Shown here: piece by piece, positions 34,471 through 46,834 of the stretch | Layout of the letters: each line of letters begins with the position of its first letter | How positions within the stretch are numbered: position 1 is the stretch's first letter | Assembly: GCA_015680685.1 (NCBI GenBank) | Contig: MNCI01002116.1 | Coordinates: forward strand, 54,944 to 107,575 | DNA: 52,632 nucleotides | Direction of reading: 5' to 3' | From: Gnetum montanum | Taxonomy: Eukaryota; Plantae; Gnetophyta | Position numbers and translations under genes: made by a program | Notes under the pieces: model-generated | Told to the model about the DNA's origin: nothing | Seen by the model: the letters and a program-made list of their open reading frames with translations, nothing else | Database searches by the model: none

Positions 34471-36639
34471 AAAGGATGCTTCTTTGTCATGTAAAAGATG
34501 TCATGTAGGCTCGCTTATTGTAGATAATCAAATTTGTCAACATTAGTCACTCATTGTGACCTATCAACAATGATAAATAATACTACAAGCAAACCTATAA
34601 GTGTTAGATGTAATGAGGGCTATGTAATGGCTTTAATGTTGCCTAATGAGGGTTCGACAAGGTCATGAATAGGCTTAAGTTTTGGTGAGGAACTTGGTTT
34701 CATGTGTTTCTTCCTTACCATTATGGTCTTTGATGGGAATTTTGGCCAAGGGACCCTTTGTGATGTTTCTAGCTTCAGGCTTAATGGTCATCAAGTTACA
34801 GTAGTGTGTTATGACTATGTAATAGAATGGGTTTAGTGCTTAAAGCTTGGATATTTGGTCTATTTGGCCTAGAAACATCACAAGAGAGGGTTGCTTAGGC
34901 TTTTAAAGTTAGTTGAGTTTGCTTCCTCATCCTTCTAGCTTCACCCTACATGACAACATAAGCATATCAAGTAGTACCTGTGTGATAAAATGATTAAATA
35001 ATGTTCAAAAAATGCAAAATACTCTAATAATAAAGCAAAAGTGGGTCAAAATGAATTAAATCAATGTCCAATTAGGTCAAAACATGATCAACAAAGGTCA
35101 CTTGGGGTAGTATAAGGTCAAACATGGTCAACTATGGTTACAATTTACTAGTTCTAGGCCTTAGTGGGCCATGGTGCCAGTTTAAGGCCTTGGCAGGCCA
35201 TAGTTACATGGTGTGAAATGATGGTCAAGAATGGTCAAACCCTATCATCTAACACCAATTAAAGACTAAAAAAAAGTCAATACAGGCTACAAGAGAGACA
35301 CAATAAGTAGAAATGGTGAAACCAAGGTCAAGTAAAAACCAAGTAATGCCAACAAAGTCAACTAGTTAAAACAAGTCGAAATACAATGGAATAGGGCCAA
35401 ATCAATCAAGGTGTTAAACATATGATAAATATGGTAATTATTGGTCAAAAATAGATTATATTTTGCCAGTTTTTGGCCTTAGCGACCCATGGTTTTAGGC
35501 TACAAGGGTCATAGATGAGTTTGGGCATCAATATGGGTTGTTTGAACTGAAACAGCAAGGTTTTCTAGGCTTCCATGCTAACTTTACATTGGCTCCACCC
35601 TGGCTAGCATGGAAGGGATGACCCCCAATGTCGAGGAAGCATCCAAAGGGTTTTCTAGGCTTATTTTGGCTAGTTTTTTTACTTCCAATGTCTTGCAAGT
35701 TAGCATAGTTGACTAGGGAAGGGAATAGGCTACATTTGACACTAGTTTTAACCACTAGAGCCCCTCTTTTAAGCCTAAAAGTGCCTTCCATGTTGGATCC
35801 ATGCTTGCCATTGTGGAACTAGTATGAAGGCTAAGGAAAACATGTTGCATGACATCCAAGGGATAGAAAATAGGGTTTTGGGGATTTCCCAAGGTAGCAC
35901 AGGGCTAGATTTATTAAAATTGATCACCTTGAAGGTTAAAATTAGTCAAAAATCATGTCTTAAAGTCACACCCTGTTGTCTCCATGCTGGTCAACGTGGA
36001 TGGGAGGGGGTTCAGTGTAGACAACTTAAAACTTAATTAAAATAGAGCCGAATAGGGTTGGATGGATAGTTGGAACCAAGATCTAGTAGTTGTGCATCCC
36101 CTAGCTATGTTTTGAGGCCATTTGGAACAAGTTTTGAGGGTTAAAGTAAGTCTAAAGTAGTCTCCACATTGGCTAATGTGGAGCCAGTGTGGAGCAAAGG
36201 TGGAACTCTTGCTTTTTGATCTTAGGATGGTCTTGAAAGCAAATCGGCTAGCCTTCTAGGTCTTATAGGGGTACAAACTATGATTTTCCAAGTTTTTTGT
36301 TAGTTTTAGTCGTGTTTGAAGGTTTTTTAGGGCCATGCAAGGTTACACCCCCCTAATCCACGCTCGAGAGTTGCTCTAGCATGGAGGATGGGAGTTGATG
36401 GGTTTGAGGAGTACTACAGGGCAAGGATGGGTGTTACCCTTCTTGGTCTACACTGTGCTCCACGTTAGGTAATGTTACCCTAGCGTTGATGCCCAAAAAT
36501 GGTAAGGTTTGGTTGAGATCTATCCTTCTTTTAGAGCCCAGGGCTTGATGAGATAGGTCACTATTGCTAAAAATGGTAAGTGGAGTTAGGTTTTATGGTT
36601 TTCTTTGATGCTTGGAATCCATTCCAATGCTTATTTACA

Positions 36640-36755
36640 TGCTAGGTTTAGGCCTTGCCAAGCCATAGTGCTAGTTTTAGGCCTTAGTGGGTCATAGGTT
36701 GCCAGTTTTAAGCCTTGGTAGGCCATAGGTTATTAGTTTTAGGCCTTGGCAGGTT
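36640..36755. repeat. ~31-bp tandem repeat downstream of the B3 gag-PR end
   Basis: About 4 units of agttttaggccttggtaggccataggtt. Confidence 0.8.
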
Positions 36756-37012
36756 GAGGTCCATACTTGTCTAGCAAGTATGGGATGCTCTCAAAAGAGC
36801 ACATAAGATTAGAGCCAACATTGAAACATGATATAATGCTGTAAAGGTAAACAAATGATTAGCAAAAGAATGGATGAGACATTTAACATGAACTTGTTGT
36901 TTGATCTTTGAGAGATTAAGGAATCCTTTTGGCATGATTCTATGGTCACCATTTCTCTCATGTGGCATGGCAAGCTGTAGGAATTTTCATTGATTTTCTC
37001 ATGTTGTAGAGG

Positions 37013-37923
37013 TGATGAGACGCGACATGCACTCGGCCGCGATATCGCGTCTTCCCCTGCGATATCGCGTACGTGATATCGCGGTCCGCCGCCATATCTA
37101 TAAATAAGAGGCGGCACTCCCTTCATTTCCCAATCCTGGCTAGAAGTAGTGAAGCTCTGGCAGATTGATCACTCCAGAGTTAGAATTTTTCCCATGTGCC
37201 CGCAGTAGGAGTCCTATAGTGAACGACTCTTTATTTGAGCAGCTTGTAACCTAAACCCAAGTTGTGTACGACAATAAAGACGAACTTGATTGGATAAACC
37301 TTGCAGTACATGATTTTATTATTGTTTATTTACTGCTTTCCTAGTGCGCACAAGTACGACTTGATTATGAGCGTCTACGGACGTGTACGGCTAGTCAAGG
37401 AATCGACTACTCATTGCTAGGCTAGAACGTGTGATAAGTACGACTTAGTTACGAGCACCCACGGGTGTGTACGGCTAGCTAAGGAATCAGCTGCTTATCA
37501 CACTTAAGCTAAATAGGTGCCTCAGTACGACCACTTTGAGCACTTGCATTACGTGTGGTGATCCTAGTAACGATTAGCGTTTGGTAAGCCACAGTTGCAT
37601 AGTTCAGGGTGTGTCTGGTAAGTGGGAACGGATGCTGACGCTAGTTAATTTAGACTTAGGACATTAGTTAGAGTTAGCTTAGTTTCTCAACCCTTTCCTT
37701 TGATAGCATAGAAGATAAACTGAAAAATACCAAAAAAATCACATACCTCAGACTTGCTTAACCATACACCGTGACACTTACAAGCAAGCCTGGGAAGACA
37801 ACGAACGATTAACCCCAAGTGTTTCTTGTGGTGTTAAGGCATTTAGTCTATGGAGTTTGACCGGATCACGCGTGCACGCTCGTATTCGTATGGTTGAGTG
37901 TAGGGGTACCTCGCCACTCATCA
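37013..37923 (+). mobile_element. Family-A solo LTR
   Basis: TGATGAG...CTCATCA; TSD agagg/agagt (4/5); inserted in the B3 protease tail; CpG-rich (relatively young). Confidence 0.93.
37341..37565 (+). other. Tandem structured-RNA hairpin motif in LTR
   Basis: Units 37341-37420 and 37429-37503 with compensatory base changes; degenerate third unit ~37517-37565. Confidence 0.7.
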
Positions 37924-40900
37924 AGAGTTGGCATTACTCACATCGTTGTTGCTCTCATTGTTGTTGGCCTCAATTTGAGTGTCAGGAGTTTCCTCTTAAA
38001 ATTCGACCCCAAAACCTTGGTCAATGTTGACGTAGTTAACTAAGGGCAGCAACACATTGTCTCTACGAATCACAATCTCCCCATCTTCATATGGTAAGTG
38101 AATCTCCTAATGTATGGGAGATGAAAATGTTTGAAGCTTCACCAACCATGGTCTCCCAAGGATCAAGTTAAACCCAGTTGTCTCCTCAACCACTACAAAG
38201 TTGGTAGATGTGGGAAATTACTCACTGGCTATGAAATCCAAGGAGATGAAACCTTGCACTACTACTCATGAGCCATTAAATGATATAAGTGCTAAGGTGG
38301 TGGTCACTTCGATTTTCTTGGTTAATCCTAGTTTGTTAACAATGGAATATGGTATCACATTTATGGCCATCCCATCATCCACATGAACATGGTGTACCTA
38401 ACATGGATAGTGATAAGGAGAGAAGTGAATAACACTTCTCTCTTTCTAGAGTCGATCTTCACCTCACTATTATAAAAGTCAAGCATTGGTTGAAGCCCAT
38501 TTTTCCTAAGTGAAGCTTGCTCAATGATAGAGTGTATCGATTCCTTGCTAGTTAGCATGTCTTTGCTCATAAGGATAAAGATTAACACCTGAGCTAGTAC
38601 ATGCCTATGTGAAGGAGAGGTCATGACTAAGTCATACAAGTTTGGCAGTGTGTTCTTTTGCTTAAGGGATTGTTTAGCTTGTTCCATGATTACAAGAAAG
38701 CTCTTTCTTTTGGCTTGTGATGTTTCAGCCTTAGTGGTCTTAACCCCCTCCATCCTTCCTAGACTTTGTGATCTAGGCTTCAATGCATGTGCTTTAGGCC
38801 CCTTGTCCATGGATGTAGTTGATTTTGGTGTAGGTCTTGGTTGGTTACCTTAAGTGGGCCTATTTGTTGGTTTGGAAATAGGTTTTTTTCATTGCTATTA
38901 TGATGATGTTTTCTTACTAACCTCTAAGTTATTGGCCATGATAGGTGGGCTTTGGTCATGTGTTGTTGTGGCCTTACTTGTTGAAGATATAGGGACCTAG
39001 ATAATGAATGGTTTCCTAGGTTTTGAAGGACTAGCAACTTGTTGACTACATTATGATGTTGAAGCCACTAAAGGGGGGACACATATGATGAATAGATTCT
39101 TAGGGGTCAAAGAAGATGATACCCATATGACAAATGGCTCTCTAAGCTTTGTATTTTAGGATTGTGGTGGTATTCTGATAACAAATGGTTTCCTAAGGGG
39201 ATTAGAATATTTGGTTTCTATGAATGATGCCACAATATAGGAGTTGTTGCTAGCACTTGAAGAGTTGGGCTCATTCACTACAAACTTTTCATGATTTATC
39301 ATCTTCTGGAAGTCATCCTTTAATGCTAGGAAAAAATCAGTGTTATGACCAGCCATTTGATGATAATTACAATACCTATCCAGCCTTAAGTACTTTGATA
39401 GCTTAGGATCATCTTTGGTAGCTGTTGTTGGGTCTCTACCTATGTCACAAAGATGATCATGCCTCTTACAAGATTTTTTAGACAATTTCTTATGTTTTAT
39501 AAAGTTGTTGTAAAGCAACTATTCTAGAAGCTCAAAGGGCTTCATGGGAAACCTAGCATACTTAGACCTATCCTTATGTCCAAAGCTTGATCTTCGTTGA
39601 TTTGGGACATAGGAAGTGGATGGTTGCAATGAGTCATGGGATGTGTTGCATGGTAGTGATCCCATCCTCTTTGCCTATTTTGGCTCTTTTGTTACTATGG
39701 CCACAATTGTATATTCTTATTTAGTCCTATTTTTATCCCTTCTAACATGTTGATTTTTATAGGCCACATAAGCTAGATCACTGCTTTACACAGTTGCCTT
39801 CTCAATGTTCTTAGTTTGTGAGAAGGCTTGGCTTAGTGTCTGGGATTCTAGGTAGTATAGCGTTGGCTTAATGAAGTCATTTACTACTCCCTTGTAGATG
39901 GCGAAGAGGTGAATTTCTTCAATAGGCTCTAGTATATCATCAAGTATTGAGTTCCACCTTTGAATGAACCTTTTGATTGGTTTAAGTGGCCCTTGCCATA
40001 CCTTCATCAGTTGATCCAATATGGCATCCAACTTTAAGTTGTATTTCAAGTGGGTGACAAATTAGCTAAGCAAGTCCTCAAGGGAAGAGATAGAACCTCT
40101 AGGCAAGGTTTGGTACCAATGTAGAGCCTTACCCTTGAGAGACATGGGAAAAATCCTCAATATCATGTGAGGCCAAGTTTGCAAGAAGATGCATTCAAAT
40201 TGGAAGGTGACTAGATTTGCATTGGGATCCCTTTACCATTGTATTTAGTAAAGTTTAAAATAGGCAAGCCTATGGGCAAGGTTATTTGAGGCATCATAGG
40301 GCTTATGGAATCATATTAGTAGCAATCTAGAACCTTGACTATCTGAGTTGTGTTGGCCTTAAGTTTTTGTAGCTCTTCATTAAGGTCTTGAATCATTTGA
40401 AAGGCTTAGCCCAAGCCTTGGGGCATCCCCATGGGCTATGGTATTTGTGTTGACAGTTGAGGAAGAAGTTGTAAGGCCTATGGCCTTGTGATAGGTTGTG
40501 ATATCAAAGGAAGAGGCTAGGTTATGGTGGACATAGGTGGGCTAAATAAGGAAAAGGATGTTTGTGCTAGTACTTGATGCACAGAGGGGATGAAAGAGGT
40601 ATGAAAGGCTTGTGTTGCCTGGGGCCCCAATGGGGATCCTGATAGTATGAAAAAAGGAGATAATGATGTAAATATCACCATCGTTGGGTGAATGAGTGAG
40701 GCTATGTGTCAAAGGGCATCGATGAAAATAAGGAAGTGGATTGGGACATGGTTTGTGTATGGTACATGGAGATGATGGGTGTAGACCTAAACATGATAGG
40801 ATGGATAGGAGGAGAGTTGGGTTGAGGGACTTGTCCCATCGATGAAGTAAGAGACACAGAGCTAAGTGCAGTTGTTGGAGGAGTCAAAGATTGGAAAAGA

Positions 40901-42047
40901 TTTCCAATGAAGGTGTCTAGCTCTTGTTTGGCCTCAAACTCATCTTCCTCTTCTTGGCAATCCTCTAAGCTAATTCCCTTTCTAAACTGATCAACCTCTA
41001 TGAGTTGTATGAGCATTTATGCATAAAATTCAATAAGGGGAATTTGGTCATAGGGGGATAGGATGTATTCTTTCCCATCTCAACATATGATTTCAAATTG
41101 ATGTTTAGCATCAGATTCAGAGCATGGTATCAAGATACTAGCTTGTATCTTAGCAAAGAGAAAGTTGTAGAACTCATTAATGATTGTGAAATTTAGGTTT
41201 TTTCCTCTTTACTTAAGTGATTGCCTTCATGATACAGCCATAGGATCTTTTGGATCATAAATACAAACCACATCTTGGTTGAATACCATGTTTGTCAAGT
41301 TAAGGGACAATATGGTTGATTGGCTAAAAGACATGGTAAAAAAAAGTGCTAAAAATGGCTAAATGACATCATAAAAGATTAAATAAAGTATAAATTCCAA
41401 TAAGTGGAATTTAAAAATAGTTGAAAGAAGCAAAAATGGTTGAAAATTCAATAGTAAGTGGGGGGTAAGGGGGGTATACCCCTTTACCAATAATGAAAAG
41501 GTGAAATGGCTGTAACAAATTTCATCCACATTGGCTTCTTAGCTACCTTCTATGTTGGGTGTGGTAGGAAGAAAAGGAAGGGGTGAAATGGGTGGATCTC
41601 AAACCTTCCTATTCCAATGTTGGTGAAGGGGGAAAAGTTTAACAACCAAAATAGAAACTTGGGACTTTCCAAAAAATGGTTTTGGCAAGTTTCCAATTTC
41701 AACAATAAGGAAGAAGGGGATGGGGGTTTGGCTACTTGGACCAACAACATTGGCTTTCTTGTAAAAATGTAGTAGTAGGGGAGGGGTGGAAATGACCCTA
41801 AAAATCAATGTTAGCCTTGTGCTTTCACAGCAATTGCTGTGAAAATTTCAACACCCAAACACCTATAATACCCATGCTAGGTTTGTGGGGTAGAGAGAGG
41901 ATGGGTTACAATGTTGATCTTGGCTGAAAAATAGAAGGTTTTTGCTGAAAAATAAAAAATTGTAACTTGTAGGTCAATGCTAGCTATGGGAAGAATAGAT
42001 TTTAGCAAAGAAATTGGGCGAAGGACCTTCCCTTACTGCTAAGAAAC

Positions 42048-43588
42048 AATTGCGATAGAAAATCTTGGCTATTGAAAAGCCAAGGATTCTCAACCATGGA
42101 TAACCTCAACCCCAAATCCCTAGGGTCTCCAAGGAAAAATGGGATTCAAGGTGTCCTAGATGGTCCAGTAGATCACCTACGGACTTAGGGAGGTGCAAAA
42201 AAAGGTTGTAAAAAAGTGTAAAAATTGTAGATCTAAAAACCAAAAACAAATACAAATTGCACACAAAATGAAACTATAAACTTTATTAGATGAATAAAGA
42301 ATGAGTTTAGAAATGTGTACAAAAGTGCTTATAGGAGAGCAAAGGAGGGTTCACTTGGGAGGTGATTCCAAGTCCATTAAAAAAGATAGAATCTTCTCCA
42401 CAATCCATATGCTTAGCCACTCTCAATGTTTTGAACCTCCTCTGATACTACTCAAAATCTACAATGTTGGTCACTGCTAGGGTTGACAAATGTGAAGGAT
42501 TAAGGTTGTCAAAATAATCCATGCTAGAATTTGGGGATTCCTAGGGGGTAGCATTGACACTCTAGGCTCACAAATCCCAAGGGGGTTAATAGGGCTACAA
42601 TGGTTCTACATTAGCAAGCCCCAAGAAGCTATGTTTCAGGTAAGTAGCAAGAGCTATTGGATACCCAAAATGTTAAAATGCTCATAATGCAAAGTGTGTG
42701 ACACTGTAAATAGTGTCTCCTTGAAATGATGTTGGGGTTGTGATTTTATAAGGTTTGGCCATGATTTGGGCTTCAAATTAGTTGCAAATACCAAAAAAAT
42801 TAGGTTGCAAACTGGCTACACATTACTGTAAATTTCTACCATGTTTAGGAAGGTTGATACTCAAAATTTAAGGGGGAAAGGGGGGGGATTACCACATATG
42901 GAAAGTGTTATATCCCCATGGCCATTTCGTTTACTAGAAATAGTAACAGGGGTGCACCTTTCATGCTGGTTTTATTCCTTCAAAATTGGGTCTTCAACCT
43001 TCCACATTGGCATTGCAGGGTTCTTGTTGGAGTTGATGCAATGTTGAAATCTTGGCCATGTTGCTTCTACGTTGGGAAGGAGGTATCAATGTTGGGGGGA
43101 TGAGAGATCAATGTTGGGGATGAAGGTTAACCCCTTCTACATTGAGCATCACCCTCTCTCTATGTTGGGGGTAGGTGAGACCCATCCCTCTACATCCCTC
43201 TATGCTAGTTTCGATGTCTCCACACTGGGAGCACATGGCCCACATCCCTCCATGCTAGGGGTAGGTGAGATTTACCCCTTGCAAGAGTTTTCTAGCATAG
43301 AAAAGNNNNNNNNNNNNNNNNNNNNNNNNNNNNNNNNNNNNNNNNNNNNNNNNNNNNNNNNNNNNNNNNNNNNNNNNNNNNNNNNNNNNNNNNNNNNNNN
43401 NNNNCTAGGTCATCCTTTTCACTTTGGGAATGAGGCTTTGGCCACTTATGAGGAATTTTTCAGCCCCAAAATTATGAAATATGTGAGATTGCCTCTTATG
43501 GGTTACAATCTTCACGTTTATAATGAAGTTTAGCCTTGGGTTTTATGGGATGGGATTACAAAGGTTACAACATGTAGGTGGTGTTTCA
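42048..43588 (-). repeat. 5' LTR of B3 (N gap 43306-43404)
   Basis: Matches 31914-33320; followed on minus by a degenerate PBS tagcagtaagggaaggtcc. Confidence 0.88.
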
Positions 43589-44330
43589 AGTCACACCAAA
43601 CTTCAATCTTGGCTTACACAGTCTTAGAAACCATAAATTTATAGCCAAAACCCTAGCCACAGCCTTGGGAGTCCTCAAGTATCAAAATTCTAGTCAAAAG
43701 CACTACAAACTAGCCCAAAGATGTTTATACGTTGAGTATTAATGTCTCACATGTTGGTTAACAAATAGACCAACATGTGAATATTAGAAATCTTTTACCT
43801 TGTTGGATATGACCTCAAACAATGTAGATTTTTCTCTTCCTTCTTAGTGTTGACATGAGAATTCAGCAAAATCCAAGGTGTAATCAAATCTTCACCAATC
43901 CTTTTCACAAAAGTGAAATACATTGGTATTTGTACCTCCTAGGTTAGGCTAGCATATATGTTAATGTGTAAATACCAAAAATTTTTTACTCTGCTCAAGA
44001 CAACTTCAAAACATCAAATCTCCACACTAAACCCTAGGCACTATAGTAGAAGCCTTCAAACTTCAAAATCTTGATTAAAATTTCTTCAAAGCTTGATATA
44101 TGATCTTTGCATGTTAGTAATCAAACCAAATATGTTGGGTTAATGTGAATACCAATGTAGGAAGCCTCTACTACCAAAAAAAGTCCAAAATAAGCTCAAA
44201 AACCATCACAGTAGGTCCCACATGTCAAAAGCCTAATCCAAAGTGATGGCAAGCTACCTTGGTCGGTCCTACAAGCCAAAAATCTAGCCCAAACTTTCTA
44301 CAGGTTGGGATAATGACTCATATACATGGA
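43589..44330. repeat. ~190-bp tandem repeat in the B2 spacer (right part)
   Basis: Units at ~43728, 43919, 44100 and 44300; register continues across B3. Confidence 0.7.
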
Positions 44331-44799
44331 AAAATAAGTTTTAGCTTTTTAAAATATTTTTTAGCATAAAAAAAATACTTTTATAGAATATTTTTTAGCA
44401 TAAAAAAATACTTTTATAGTAGTTTACTTTACTACTAGTTTTAACAAGCATTTTATATTTTTACAATATTTAATTAATTTTATTATTTTTTGCTAGATTT
44501 TTTATTATTTAGACAATTTAAAACCTATTTTTTCTAGTTTTTTTTAATATAATTTTGACACTTTACAACTTGTTTTCTCTAGCTTTTAGCTAATTTTGAT
44601 GATTTACAACCTATTTTCATTAGTTTTATTTTTTTGGCAATTTTGACAATTAGCAACATGTTTTCTCCAAGTTTTCACCTATTTTGGTAGTTTATAACTT
44701 ATTTTCATTGAATTTTTGTTTATTTATATCATGAAAATCCAAAATAAAGATAACTATTATTATTTATACTATTTCCATACTTGTACAGCCTTATTTAAC

Positions 44800-45320
44800 C
44801 AAGTTTGATCCATTGAACATCATTTTATCTCATTTTGTGTCATTTGATATCATTTCTTGATATTATTTAATGTCAATTGACAACATTTTACACTAGTTTT
44901 AACACCATTTGACCCTGTTTGGTCCTCCTTGACATTATTTTACATCATTTTGGCATCATTTGATATCATTTACCATCATTTGGTGTTATTTGGTGTCATT
45001 TTTCACAGTTTTGACTTCATTTTGCCATGTTAGAGGCTATTCAACATCATTTCACACAGTCTCAACATCATTTGACATCATTTCTTTATCATTACAACTT
45101 TATTTGATATCATTTTGTATCATTTTATACCATGTTGACCGCATTTGATATCATTTTTTATTATTTTGATATCATTTAGCCTCATTTTGATACATTTTGA
45201 TCACATTTGGATTCGTTTCACCTTCATTTGGCATGATTGGATATTATTTGGTATTATTTTCTACCATTTATGACATTATTTGGTCTTGTTACATCTCGTC
45301 TCACTTTGGTTGGACATTAT
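44800..45320. repeat. Degenerate 10-11-bp periodic repeat (tgatatcattt-like)
   Basis: Repeated atcattt/tgacat units at roughly helical spacing. Confidence 0.7.
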
Positions 45321-45475
45321 TATCCCCCATGGTGTTCTATTACTATGTCATTTTGCATAATTGTAGCATTGTTTAGCAAATCATATCACATAGATGTCAC
45401 TTAATGCACTTTTGATTGATGTGCAAGACCAAAACATGGACACATGGATGTAATTTAACTTACCTCTGAAACTAG

Positions 45476-46834
45476 GTGGACCCATCCACTAACCTTGATT
45501 ACCTAGATCTTGAGATTAAAAAACTATTTGACCATGTAGCCTCGATAGAAAAGTCCCTTGAATGGCTTGAGTACATTGTCAAAATCCTTAACCTCGAGAT
45601 CAGTGACATTATTGAGTATGCTCTAGCTAAGGTTCCTATCACAACACACAATGGTGAGGAGAAAATGATTAAACTAAGTTCTTCACTTGAACCATAGTAG
45701 GTTTGAGACATTGCCAAGGTCCTTCAAAACAACGTTAAAGCCTTTTCTTAGTCATACAAGGACATGCTAGGACTCAACTAATGGTTAGTACAACACAACA
45801 TCATACTCAATCCTAGTATTAAACCCGTTAAGCAAACATTTTGTAAAGTTAGACCAAATCTAGCCTTGGTAGTTCATGATGAGATCAACAAACTTTACCA
45901 AGCCAGTTTTATCTGAGTTGTTGATTACACTAATTTGATGTCCAACATAGTGGTAGTTCCTAAGAAGGATGGAAGCATTCATATCTATATTGATTTCTAA
46001 GACCTTAATAAGCCAACCATTAAAGATGATTTCTCATTTTCAAGCATTGATCAATTCATTGATACTATGGTTAGCCATGCCTTACTATCCATCATGGATG
46101 ATTTCTCAAGATATAATCAAGTTAGGATAAACCTAGAACATCAAGTCTACATGACCTTCATGACCCCTTGGAGTACCTTTCGTTATACCATGATGCCATT
46201 TGATTTAAAGTACATGGCCATGACCTATTAACAAGCCACAACCTACATATTTAGCGATTACATTCTAGGGTTTTTTAATGATTATGTTGATGACATAGTA
46301 GTTAAGTCCAAGACTGTTAATAACCATGCACATGACCTAAACTTAGTACTTCAATGGTGTCTCAAATACGAACTTAGAGTCAATCCCAAGAGCTGTGTCT
46401 TCCGCATCAAGATGGTAAATTACTTGGTTTCATAGTATTTAAAGCAAGGATACATGTTGATCCTAATAAGGTTAAAGTCATAACTAACTTGGTGGCACCC
46501 ACTAACCTTAATGAGCTATGGGAATTACAAGGTAGATTACAATTTATTTTTAGATTCATCTCAAAGCTTAGGGATAAGTTACAACCCATGCAACACTTGC
46601 TTAAGAAGGGAGTTTACTATGAGTGGACTAACTAATCCCAAGAAGTGTTTGATAACATTAAGCAAGAGTTGGCCCAACTATTCATCATGTACCCACCATA
46701 GAAGGATAAACCATTTTACATCTACATTACAATCTTCGACACATCCGTAGCCTCTCTACTCTATGAAAAAAGAGATGATGGAGCAGAGCTACCTGTTTAC
46801 TATTTGAGCCATGCATTAATAGTTTATGAGACCC
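45476..46834 (+). pseudogene. Tat/Ogre-type reverse transcriptase and start of RNase H, disrupted, cut by a SIRE-like insertion
   Basis: SYKDMLG, VKQ, NIVVVPKKDG, DF*DLNK..KDDF, MPFDLK, YVDDIVVKS at ~46283, PVYYLSHAL. Confidence 0.93.

Larger units (their letters stand above)
36771..41334 (-). pseudogene. B3 gag-protease ORF, disrupted and interrupted by a solo LTR
   Basis: MSFSQ start homologous to B1; YCNYHQMAGHNTDF; HVDDGMAINV; FNLILGRPWL; tail FLNLSKIKQ resumes left of 37013. Confidence 0.88.
31914..43588 (-). mobile_element. Family-B copy B3: two LTRs, gag-PR only (non-autonomous), nested in B2
   Basis: TG...CA outer termini; TSD ggtca/agtca (4/5); interrupts the 190-bp array; no RT, RH or IN seen between PR and the 3' LTR. 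Confidence 0.88.
22259..46834 (+). mobile_element. Family-B copy B2 (5'-truncated gag-PR, antisense gene, repeat spacer interrupted by B3, then probably its RT-RNaseH)
   Basis: gag-PR on plus; the spacer repeat continues in register across B3; same-strand Tat/Ogre RT with no intervening LTR or PBS seen. Linkage of the RT to B2 is inferred. Confidence 0.65.
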
